From an uncultured Bacilli bacterium (GTDB lineage: Bacteria > Bacillota_I > Bacilli_A > RF39 > UBA660): 35,137 nt of DNA. This document shows, one piece after another, positions 9,343-16,394 of the stretch. The translations under genes and the position numbers were made by a program. The notes under the pieces were generated by a model, which had not been told where the DNA came from, made no database searches, and worked only from the letters and a program-made list of their open reading frames with translations. Within the stretch, counting starts at the first letter, position 1. Each line of letters starts with the position of its first letter. The stretch spans positions 1 through 35,137 of the forward strand of contig CALVRS010000019.1 of assembly GCA_944358725.1 (NCBI GenBank). Direction: 5' to 3'.

Positions 9343-9822
9343 ATGAAAAGAAAATATATACTTATCATACTTTTAATTGCTGTAACATGTATAATTTTAA
9401 TCGGTTATACAGCCTTTCAAATAAGAATAAAAATAAATCCAGAAAATAACAATTGGAATATAGAAATCACAAATATAACCGTTAAAACTGTAAAACAAAA
9501 TGCCAAAAAAATAATCGACCCCATCATCTCGGAAACATCTGCCACATTTAAAACTAAACTTCAAACCAAAGGCGATAGTATGACATATGAAGTAACTGTT
9601 GCAAATAAAGGCACCATCCCAGCTAAAGTAGAAAAAATCGAAATGACTAAATCAAATAATAAAAACGTAAACTTTACATCAGATAAAATAAATAAAAATG
9701 ATCTCCTAGAGCCAGGAGAAAAGCAAAAATTTACGGTAACCGTCTCTTATGACGAAAACGCTGAATTAGAAGAAGCTATCGATACAACCTTCTCAATAAA
9801 ATTAGATTATATTCAAAATTAA
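9343..9822 (+). CDS. Membrane-anchored / secreted hypothetical protein (probably beta-sandwich)
   Basis: 159 aa with an N-terminal TM/signal anchor (YILIILLIAVTCIILIGYTAF). The beta-rich body has a WNIEITNI...GDSMTYEVTVANKGTIPAKV pattern. Family not recognised. Confidence 0.6.
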   Translation: MKRKYILIILLIAVTCIILIGYTAFQIRIKINPENNNWNIEITNITVKTVKQNAKKIIDPIISETSATFKTKLQTKGDSMTYEVTVANKGTIPAKVEKIEMTKSNNKNVNFTSDKINKNDLLEPGEKQKFTVTVSYDENAELEEAIDTTFSIKLDYIQN

Positions 9823-9911
9823 AAGGCTTTAAGTCTTTTTTTTGTGCTTTTTTATTAAATAAAGAATATATATTAATATATAAAAGTATCAAAAAAGGAG
9901 TGATAACTCAT

Positions 9912-10250
9912 ATGGAAACCAAAGAAAAATTTAAAGATTTTGTAAAACATAATCCAATTTTATTAAAACATGTTAAAGAAGGTAAAATGAACTGGCAACA
10001 ATTCTATGAAATTTATGATCTATATGGCGAAGATAAAGAAGCTTGGAAAGACTATCTGCAAAATAACATCCCAAAACAAAATAACTTTGACCTTTCAAAT
10101 CTTATCAAAGGTCTAGATTTAGATGGTATTCAAAATGGTGTAACTAGTCTTCAAAGAGTCCTAAGTCTTCTTCAAGATATGTCCAATAATAAAACATCTA
10201 ATCAAAATAGCTATAGACCAAGACCAATATATAAACACTTTGATGATTAA
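9912..10250 (+). CDS. YlbD-like protein
   Basis: EKFKDFVKHNPILLKHVKEGKMNWQQFYEIYDLYGEDKEAWKDY resembles Bacillus YlbD, and the position upstream of ylbE-like and rsmD matches Bacillus ylbD-ylbE...ylbH synteny. The start could be GTG 9900 or ATG 9912; AGGAG is at 9896-9900. Confidence 0.6.
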   Translation: METKEKFKDFVKHNPILLKHVKEGKMNWQQFYEIYDLYGEDKEAWKDYLQNNIPKQNNFDLSNLIKGLDLDGIQNGVTSLQRVLSLLQDMSNNKTSNQNSYRPRPIYKHFDD

Positions 10251-10471
10251 TGAACTTACATCTGCAATTTAAAATCAAAGAAAATCCAAACTACCTAAGA
10301 TATCTTCGTCAAAACTCTTACTGGTATAAAATTTTAAATAGAAATCCTAATCAATTTAAAAAATTTGAAGAAGAAGCTAAAAAAGCATATCATCTTTTTA
10401 AAATAGATCGACTAGAACAAGCTATAAACACCTTCGAAATGTTAGAAAAAATTTTGGGAACTTTAAAATAA
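10250..10471 (+). CDS. YlbE-like protein
   Basis: 73 aa. ENPNYLRYLRQNSYWYKILNRNPNQFKKFEEE matches the YlbE-like pattern. TAATG one-base overlap with the upstream gene. Confidence 0.6.
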   Translation: MNLHLQFKIKENPNYLRYLRQNSYWYKILNRNPNQFKKFEEEAKKAYHLFKIDRLEQAINTFEMLEKILGTLK

Positions 10472-10498
10472 TGTGGTAAAATATAACTGGTGATTGAA

Positions 10499-11020
10499 AT
10501 GCGTATTATAAGTGGAAAATATAAAGGAAAAAAATTAAAAGGTTTTAATATAGAAGGCACTAGACCAACTATGGATCGGGTAAAAGAATCTCTATTTGCC
10601 ATTATCCAAAACAAATTAAAAGAAAGCACTATCTTAGACCTTTTTGCCGGAAGTGGCGCATTAGGTCTTGAAGCCATCAGTAATGGCGCTAAAACATGCT
10701 ATCTAATTGATAACTCTAAAGAAGCTATAAATATAATTAAAGAAAATAGTCAAAACATCGAAGAGGATCTTTATATAATTCAAACCGACTATAAAAAATT
10801 TCTAAAAGAAACAAATTTAAAATTTGATATTATCTTTTTAGATCCTCCATATAAAACAAATCAGTTAAATAAAGCCTTAAAAATAATTGAAGAAAAAGAT
10901 CTCTTAACTAAGCATGGCATAGTCGTTTGTGAATATGAAAATATAAATCCTATCACCAGTTTAAAACTCATAAAAGAAAAAAGTTATGGACCAAAAAATA
11001 TTAAGATTTTTGGAAAATAA
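10499..11020 (+). CDS. rsmD: 16S rRNA (guanine966-N2)-methyltransferase RsmD (YlbH)
   Basis: MRIISGKYKGKKL...TRPTMDRVKESLF...LDLFAGSGALGLEAISNGA...FLDPPY are the RsmD hallmarks. Start at ATG 10499, 5 nt after GGTGA. Confidence 0.9.
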   Translation: MRIISGKYKGKKLKGFNIEGTRPTMDRVKESLFAIIQNKLKESTILDLFAGSGALGLEAISNGAKTCYLIDNSKEAINIIKENSQNIEEDLYIIQTDYKKFLKETNLKFDIIFLDPPYKTNQLNKALKIIEEKDLLTKHGIVVCEYENINPITSLKLIKEKSYGPKNIKIFGK

Positions 11021-11084
11021 TTTTTTTTTTGCAAAATTTTAAAATAAAAAAAGGAAATCGTAAAAAAAAGTCGTATGTTAATAT

Positions 11085-13082
11085 ATGAGGGAGGTGAAAA
11101 ATATAAAAAAATATCCATATATCAAACAAAAAGGTTTAAAAGAATGTGGACCCGCTTGTGTGCAGATGATATTAAAATACCACGGTGGATATGTAAACAT
11201 TGATAAACTAGGAGAAATGATGAATACAAATCAAAATGGCACCACCGCTTATAACATTTGTGAAACCTTAAAAGACTTAGGCTTTAATAGTGTAGGTATA
11301 AAAACCACTGACTTTTCAAAAATAATTCTGCCTTGTATAGCTCACGTCATAGTAAATCACTCCTATGGACATTATGTCGTGATATATAAAGTAGATTATA
11401 AAAATAATATATTTTTGATTGCCGATCCGGCTACTTCCTTCAAAAAAATAACTTTTAAAGAATTTTATCAAATGTATAGTGGCGTTGTTATTCAAATGTA
11501 TCCCATAAAACCAATTGTCTGTGAAAAAAAACCAAATATACCTAAATTTATTTGGCATTATATGAAAAACAATATAAAATTAGTTTTATTAACAAATATT
11601 ATATCCTCAATCGTAAGTTTACTGTCTTTAGCGTCCATATTAAGTTTAACATCACTTTTAACAACCTTTAATAAAAAAACATTTATTTTTATGATTCTGT
11701 TCCTTTTTATAAAAGAAATCTTTATATTATTTAAAAATATTCTTTATACAAAATTCAATCTAAAGTTAGACCAAACATTAACTATGGATATTTTTAAAAA
11801 AATTATAAACCTCCCTTATCGTTATTATCGCCGTAAAACAACAGGAGAAATAACTAATTATTTAAACGACCTTTATATAGTAAAAAACACTATTAGTCGC
11901 ATCAGTGAAATAATCTTCATAAAAATTCCATATCTTGCTATTTTATTAATTATTTTGTTATCCATAAAAGCTGAACTTCTGCTTTTTATAGTTTTATATA
12001 CTTTTGTATATATTATCTTTTATAAAAAAACAAATACTATCTTAATTGATAAAATGACTAGAGAAAAAAATAAAGTAAACTCATATGTCATAGAATCTAT
12101 TAATGGCTTTGAGACAATCAAAAATCTAAATATAACTAAAAAAATACAAGAAAAATTTAAAAGCTATTATCAATCTTTAATAAGTATAACTAAAAAAATA
12201 TATCAAAATTCATATTATCTCTCTTTTATTAATAGCATTTTAAAAATAGTAATTATAATAATTGTATTTTTATATGCCAATAATAACCTTAATAATTTTA
12301 TTATACTTTATATCATAATTTCAAACATAATAGCTATTATTCAAGATTTTTTTGATTTTAATTATAATTTAGAAGAACTCAAATATTCTTTTTTAAGTAT
12401 TATCGAATTAGATTATCAACTTCAAAAAAGAAAAATAGCCCAAGCTACTACCGAAGAAATTATCATAAAAAATCTTAGATATTCTTATGATAGGCAAACT
12501 GAAATTTTAAAAGGAATAAACCTAACCATTAAAAATAAAAGTAAAGTTTTAGTAACCGGCTCATCAGGTAGTGGTAAAAGTACTTTGTTTCAAATATTAA
12601 AAGGATACTATAATGACTATAGTGGTACCATAACCATCGGTCAAAAAGATATAAAAAATTACTTTTTTGAAAATATTTTATATTTATCCTCCAAAGAATA
12701 TCTTTTTACCGGCACCTTAGCTGATAATTTAAATTTAAAAGAAAAAAATCCAAATAGTCCATATATATGTCAAATAGAAGATATGGTCAAAAATAACTAT
12801 TATCAACTAATAGAAGAAAATGGTTTCAATCTATCAAGTGGTCAAAAGCAAAGAATAACTTTAGCTAGAGCTCTTTCAAATTTTAATATTTTAATTATTG
12901 ATGAAGGGCTTAATCAAGTAAGTGTTGATATGGAAAGAAAAATTTTAAAAAATCTTTTCAAAAATTATAAAGATAAAATCATAATTTATATTTCTCATCG
13001 TTTAGATAATTTAGATCTATTTGATCAATTTATTAAAATTGAAAAAGGACATATTGTTTTAAATCAAAGGCGAAATAACTAG
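11085..13082 (+). CDS. Peptidase-containing ABC transporter (C39 double-glycine peptidase + 6-TM permease + ATPase): bacteriocin/peptide exporter
   Basis: C39 triad context: Q-x5-C (KQKGLKECGPAC), GHYVVIYK, IADPA. ATPase motifs: Walker A GSSGSGKST, signature LSSGQKQR, Walker B ILIIDEG, H-loop SHR. The exact start is uncertain (see findings). Confidence 0.9.
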   Translation: MREVKNIKKYPYIKQKGLKECGPACVQMILKYHGGYVNIDKLGEMMNTNQNGTTAYNICETLKDLGFNSVGIKTTDFSKIILPCIAHVIVNHSYGHYVVIYKVDYKNNIFLIADPATSFKKITFKEFYQMYSGVVIQMYPIKPIVCEKKPNIPKFIWHYMKNNIKLVLLTNIISSIVSLLSLASILSLTSLLTTFNKKTFIFMILFLFIKEIFILFKNILYTKFNLKLDQTLTMDIFKKIINLPYRYYRRKTTGEITNYLNDLYIVKNTISRISEIIFIKIPYLAILLIILLSIKAELLLFIVLYTFVYIIFYKKTNTILIDKMTREKNKVNSYVIESINGFETIKNLNITKKIQEKFKSYYQSLISITKKIYQNSYYLSFINSILKIVIIIIVFLYANNNLNNFIILYIIISNIIAIIQDFFDFNYNLEELKYSFLSIIELDYQLQKRKIAQATTEEIIIKNLRYSYDRQTEILKGINLTIKNKSKVLVTGSSGSGKSTLFQILKGYYNDYSGTITIGQKDIKNYFFENILYLSSKEYLFTGTLADNLNLKEKNPNSPYICQIEDMVKNNYYQLIEENGFNLSSGQKQRITLARALSNFNILIIDEGLNQVSVDMERKILKNLFKNYKDKIIIYISHRLDNLDLFDQFIKIEKGHIVLNQRRNN

Positions 13083-13093
13083 AAGGAGACAAC

Positions 13094-13225
13094 ATGTATT
13101 TAAAAAATAGTGAACTTATGCAAGTAAAAGGAGGAGGCCAAGGTCTTTGGGCTGCCATAGGAGGAATTATTGCCTTCATAATTGGCCTAGCTGATGGCTT
13201 TTTAAACCCAATCAAATGCAATTAA
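13094..13225 (+). CDS. Double-glycine-leader peptide A (43 aa; predicted mature 29 aa, hydrophobic, glycine-zipper)
   Basis: AAGGAG at 13083-13088, then ATG 13094. Sequence MYLKNSELMQVKGG|GQGLWAAIGGIIAFIIGLADGFLNPIKCN. The leader fits EL..[IV].GG. Not in the ORF track because it is under 60 aa. Confidence 0.8.
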   Translation: MYLKNSELMQVKGGGQGLWAAIGGIIAFIIGLADGFLNPIKCN

Positions 13226-13377
13226 AAGATTGTGAATTAAAAACTATAAGCGGTGGCGCTCTTACTTCAACCCTTATTAACGCTATCGTCAAAGGTTTTA
13301 ATCTTATAATTGAACTTGGTAAAAGCTTAGGCTCGACCATAAGACGTGCCATCTCCGGTAAATCTTGCAGTATTTAA
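13216..13377 (+). CDS. Double-glycine-leader peptide B (53 aa; predicted mature 39 aa, cationic amphipathic)
   Basis: ATG 13216 lies inside the last codons of peptide A (10-nt overlap) and is the only start after the in-frame stop at 13192. Sequence MQLKDCELKTISGG|ALTSTLINAIVKGFNLIIELGKSLGSTIRRAISGKSCSI. Same leader architecture as peptide A. Confidence 0.75.
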   Translation: MQLKDCELKTISGGALTSTLINAIVKGFNLIIELGKSLGSTIRRAISGKSCSI

Positions 13378-13399
13378 GTAAGCGAAAGCTTGCTTTTTT
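13378..13399 (+). terminator. Rho-independent terminator closing the exporter/peptide operon
   Basis: GTAAGC, GAAA tetraloop, GCTTGC (one G-U pair), then TTTTTT. It starts 1 nt after the peptide B stop. Confidence 0.75.
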
Positions 13400-13421
13400 A
13401 CTATTTAATGTTCTAATTTAC

Positions 13422-13450
13422 TTGCAAACACAACCTCTCCGTGTTATAAT
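13422..13450 (+). promoter_or_regulatory. SigmaA promoter of rpsU (extended -10)
   Basis: TTGCAA (13422-13427), 17 nt, TGtTATAAT (13442-13450). Confidence 0.75.
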
Positions 13451-13478
13451 ATCATTAGCCAAGAAGGGAGGGATTTTT

Positions 13479-13682
13479 ATGACAAAAGTAGTAGTTAGAA
13501 ATGGCAATGTCGATGGTGCACTTAGAAACCTAAAAGCTGCCAATAGTAAAGATGGCTCCCTAGCACAGTTAAGAGAAAAACAAGATGGATATCTAAAACC
13601 AGGAGTTAGAAGAAGAAACGCTAAAAAAGAAGGCATTAAAAATGCTCGTCGTCGTTTCCGTCGTGAAAATCGTGATTATTAA
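13479..13682 (+). CDS. rpsU: 30S ribosomal protein S21
   Basis: MTKVVVRNGNVDGALRNLKAANSKDGSLAQLREKQDGYLKPGVRRRNAKKEGIKNARRRF, with RBS GGGAGGG upstream. The track ORF (13365) is over-extended upstream through the promoter. Confidence 0.92.
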   Translation: MTKVVVRNGNVDGALRNLKAANSKDGSLAQLREKQDGYLKPGVRRRNAKKEGIKNARRRFRRENRDY

Positions 13683-13707
13683 AGGCCATATTATAATGGC
13701 TTTTTTC
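13682..13707 (+). terminator. Hairpin/terminator (or attenuator) after rpsU
   Basis: AAGGCCAT, 6-nt loop, ATGGCCTT, then a T-run. Confidence 0.65.
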
Positions 13708-13729
13708 TAAAATTAAAGGGGGAAAAATT

Positions 13730-14170
13730 ATGCGTAATCAAATTTTAGAAGATTTAAAAACTGCTATGAAAAATCAAGACAAAGAAAAACTCTCAGTAAT
13801 AAGAATGGTCAAAGGATCTATTCAAATGAGTGAACTAAATAAAAAACATGAGCTTTCAGATGATGAAGTAATAGATGTTATAACTAAAGAAATAAAATCA
13901 CGTAAAGATTCTATCAATGAATTTCAAAAAGGTGGTAGAGAAGACTTAATAACTAAAACCCAAAGAGAAATAGATATTTTATCAGAATATTTACCTAAAC
14001 AGTTAACCAAAGAAGAAATAACTTCTATAATAAATGATGTTTTTAATGAAGTAAAACCCGAAAGTTCAAAAGATATGGGAAAAGTAATGAAAGTTCTAAC
14101 ACCTAAAATTAAAGGAAAAGCGGACATGGGTTTAGTTAGTCAAATTGTTAAAGAAAAAATAAATAGATAA
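13730..14170 (+). CDS. yqeY: GatB/YqeY domain protein
   Basis: The 146-aa sequence ILEDLKTAMKNQDKEKLSVIRMVKGSIQ...EIKSRKDSINEFQKGGREDL is typical of YqeY. rpsU-yqeY adjacency matches Bacillus. Confidence 0.88.
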   Translation: MRNQILEDLKTAMKNQDKEKLSVIRMVKGSIQMSELNKKHELSDDEVIDVITKEIKSRKDSINEFQKGGREDLITKTQREIDILSEYLPKQLTKEEITSIINDVFNEVKPESSKDMGKVMKVLTPKIKGKADMGLVSQIVKEKINR

Positions 14171-14172
14171 TT

Positions 14173-14197
14173 AAAAGAACCACAAAATGGTTCTTTT
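14173..14197. terminator. Bidirectional terminator shared by yqeY (+) and the collagen-like gene (-)
   Basis: Perfect 10-bp stem AAAAGAACCA / TGGTTCTTTT with a 5-nt loop, flanked by A/T runs on both sides. Confidence 0.8.
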
Positions 14198-14203
14198 AAA
14201 AAA

Positions 14204-15094
14204 TTATGGTCCAGTAGGTCCTGTTGGTCCGGTAGGTCCAGTTGGTCCAGTAGGTCCCGTCGCACCTTCAGTGCCTTGTGGTCCGGTAGGTCCAGTCGCA
14301 CCTTCAACACCTTGTGGTCCAGTAGGTCCCGTCGCACCTTCAGTGCCTTGTGGTCCGGTAGGTCCCGTCGCACCTTCAACACCTTGCGGTCCAGTAGGTC
14401 CAGTCGCACCTTCAGCACCTTGTGGTCCGGTAGGTCCCGTTGCCCCTTCAGTGCCTTGTGGTCCAGTAGGTCCCGTCGCACCCTCAGTGCCTTGTGGTCC
14501 AGTAGGCCCAGTCGCACCCTCAACACCTTGCGGTCCGGTAGGTCCAGTTGGACCTGCAATAGTACTTGCTGCTCCAGTCGGTCCAGTAGGACCTGTTGCT
14601 CCAGTAGGTCCAGTTGGTCCAATAGCTGTACTTGCTGAACCAGTAGGACCAGTAGCTCCTGCAGGAATTGTTAAATTTAAAAATAAATTAGGTGCTGTTC
14701 CGGTTATACTTGCTAAAGCTGCACTACCCGGTGCTCCTGTTGTTACTGTTCCAATAGTTATGTTAGGTGTTGCACCAGTCGCACCAGTCGGTCCCGTTGC
14801 GCCAGTAGCTCCACTTTGACCAGCAGGTCCAGTAGGTCCAGTCGCTCCAGCAGGTCCAGTAGGTCCAGTTGCCCCCGCAGGGATGCTAAAAGTAAATACT
14901 GCATCTTGATTAGTACCAGTATTAGTAACTGAAGCCGCACTACCCGGTGCCCCAGTTCTAGTTACGCCAACAGCTACAGTTGTTGGCCCTGCAGGCCCAG
15001 TAGGTCCTGTTGGACCAACATTGCCAATTTTAGCTTGACAACGGCGACCTTCAGCTAATATCTGTTCTATTTTATTACATTTATTATTGTTCAT
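14204..15094 (-). CDS. Collagen-like triple-helix repeat protein (GXT/GPQG repeats) with two short non-collagen beta modules
   Basis: 296 aa. RBS GGAAAGGAGTG lies upstream of the ATG (15092-15094 complement). It has long runs of GPT, GAT and GPQG.EGAT triplets. The other long ORFs across 14140-14940 are repeat artefacts. Confidence 0.85.
   Translation of the reverse strand: MNNNKCNKIEQILAEGRRCQAKIGNVGPTGPTGPAGPTTVAVGVTRTGAPGSAASVTNTGTNQDAVFTFSIPAGATGPTGPAGATGPTGPAGQSGATGATGPTGATGATPNITIGTVTTGAPGSAALASITGTAPNLFLNLTIPAGATGPTGSASTAIGPTGPTGATGPTGPTGAASTIAGPTGPTGPQGVEGATGPTGPQGTEGATGPTGPQGTEGATGPTGPQGAEGATGPTGPQGVEGATGPTGPQGTEGATGPTGPQGVEGATGPTGPQGTEGATGPTGPTGPTGPTGPTGP
14244..14531. repeat. Eight tandem 36-nt repeats inside the collagen-like gene (each encodes [10 protein letters not shown][VTA]E)
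   Basis: Units start at 14244, 14280, 14316, 14352, 14388, 14424, 14460 and 14496. The consensus on + is GGTCCnGTAGGTCCnGTCGCACCTTCAnnnCCTTGy, with only a few substitutions per unit. Confidence 0.9.
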
Positions 15095-15190
15095 TTTCGC
15101 ACTCCTTTCCTTAATATTTTATGTTTTTAATTCAATAATGATTAGTATCTTTTAATAAAAAAATAAAATTATTTAAAACATCAATTATTT

Positions 15191-15218
15191 GTTGTAAAAT
15201 CATATAATTATGTTATAA
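15191..15218 (+). promoter_or_regulatory. SigmaA promoter of rpsB-tsf (extended -10)
   Basis: TTGTAA (15191-15196), 16 nt, TGtTATAAT (15210-15218). This leaves a leader of about 100 nt before ATG 15328. Confidence 0.65.
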
Positions 15219-15327
15219 TATTATTGGCTTTTTTAAAACACATGAATATGGATTGGTGTGCCTAGTGCCTAATTTGGTGGTGCACTTGTTAAAATATTCA
15301 GAGGAAATAACAAAAGGAGGAATGAAT

Positions 15328-16341
15328 ATGGCCGTTGTGTCAATGAGTTATTTATTAGAAGCTGGTGTTCATTTTGGACATCAAACTAAAAGATGGAACC
15401 CTAAAATGAAAGAGTACATCTTTACAGCTAGAGATGATATTTATATTATCGATTTACAGAAAACTGCAAAAAAAATTGAGGAAGCTTATGCTGCTTTAAA
15501 AGAAATTGCCGCAGCTGGTGGAAAAGTTCTATTTGTTGGAACTAGAAAACAAGCTTCTGAAGCGGTAAAAGAAGAAGCTTTACGCTCTGAGTCTTATTAC
15601 GTTAATGAAAGATGGTTAGGTGGAACATTAACTAACTTCAAAACCATTAGAAAAAGAGTTAAAAGATTAGAACAAATCGAAAAAATGGAAAAAGATGGTA
15701 CATTTGAACTTTTACCAAAGAAAGAAGTTGTACATATCAAAAAAGAATATGCTAAATTAAATAAATTATTAGCTGGTATTAGAGATATGTATAAATTACC
15801 ACAAGCAATGTTCATTGTTGACCCATCTAAAGAAGAAATCGCAATTAGAGAAGCTCATAAATTAAATATTCCAGTATTTGGTATTGTTGATACTAACTGT
15901 GATCCAGATATGGTCGATTATGTAATTCCTGGTAATGATGATGCCATTCGTGCCGTTAAACTAATCGTTGGTGTTATGAATAATGCTATCGTTGAAGCTA
16001 ATGGTGGAAAAATAGTTGATTACACAAGTGAGGCTCGTAAAGATGAAAAAGGCGAAGACATTATGCAAAAAGCCTTAGAAACAGTTAAACGTAAAGAAGA
16101 TAGAAAACCAAAATTTGAAGTTAAATCTGATAAAAAGAATTTTAATAAGTCATCTGAAAAAGTAGAAAAAAATCCAAAAGAAGAAGAAAAAGCTAAAGAA
16201 GTTAAACCTGAACCTAAAAAAGCCGAAAAAGAAGATTTAACTACTAAAACAGTTGCTGAACTTCGTGAATTAGCTAAAGCTAAAGAAATAAAAGGATATT
16301 CTACTATGAAAAAAGCTGAATTAATTGAAGCTTTAAAATAG
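15328..16341 (+). CDS. rpsB: 30S ribosomal protein S2 with long C-terminal extension
   Basis: [32 protein letters not shown]..., with RBS AAGGAGG at 15314-15320. The product is 337 aa, against roughly 230-260 aa for typical S2 from memory. The tail is K/E-rich and ends [30 protein letters not shown]. Confidence 0.92.
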   Translation: MAVVSMSYLLEAGVHFGHQTKRWNPKMKEYIFTARDDIYIIDLQKTAKKIEEAYAALKEIAAAGGKVLFVGTRKQASEAVKEEALRSESYYVNERWLGGTLTNFKTIRKRVKRLEQIEKMEKDGTFELLPKKEVVHIKKEYAKLNKLLAGIRDMYKLPQAMFIVDPSKEEIAIREAHKLNIPVFGIVDTNCDPDMVDYVIPGNDDAIRAVKLIVGVMNNAIVEANGGKIVDYTSEARKDEKGEDIMQKALETVKRKEDRKPKFEVKSDKKNFNKSSEKVEKNPKEEEKAKEVKPEPKKAEKEDLTTKTVAELRELAKAKEIKGYSTMKKAELIEALK

Positions 16342-16347
16342 TAAATA

Positions 16348-16371
16348 AAGATGGCCTAAAGCCATCTTTTT
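16348..16371 (+). terminator. Hairpin between rpsB and tsf (attenuator/terminator)
   Basis: AAGATGGC, loop CTAAA, GCCATCTT, TTT. Confidence 0.6.
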
Positions 16372-16394
16372 AAAAATAAAAAGGAGAGAAAAAT

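Noticed and set aside
13033-13221. 62-aa minus-strand ORF overlapping the end of the ABC exporter and peptide A
   Set aside because: It is antisense to two well-supported + strand genes, with no RBS and a Pro/Ala-rich nonsense product.
14140-14940. Four additional long ORFs across the collagen-like gene (14140-14622 -, 14187-14819 +, 14276-14638 +, 14758-14940 -)
   Set aside because: They are alternative-frame or antisense readings of the GGN-CCN-ACN repeat (poly-LD/PVG/SRS products). They have no RBS and are fully nested in the well-supported 14204-15094 gene, so they are repeat artefacts.
15253-15327. Upstream extension of the rpsB ORF (track start 15253) and the alternative ATG at 15322
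   Set aside because: The extension lies in the leader and has no S2 homology. ATG 15322 is only 1 nt after the AAGGAGG box, whereas ATG 15328 has proper spacing and begins the conserved MAVVSM... N-terminus.
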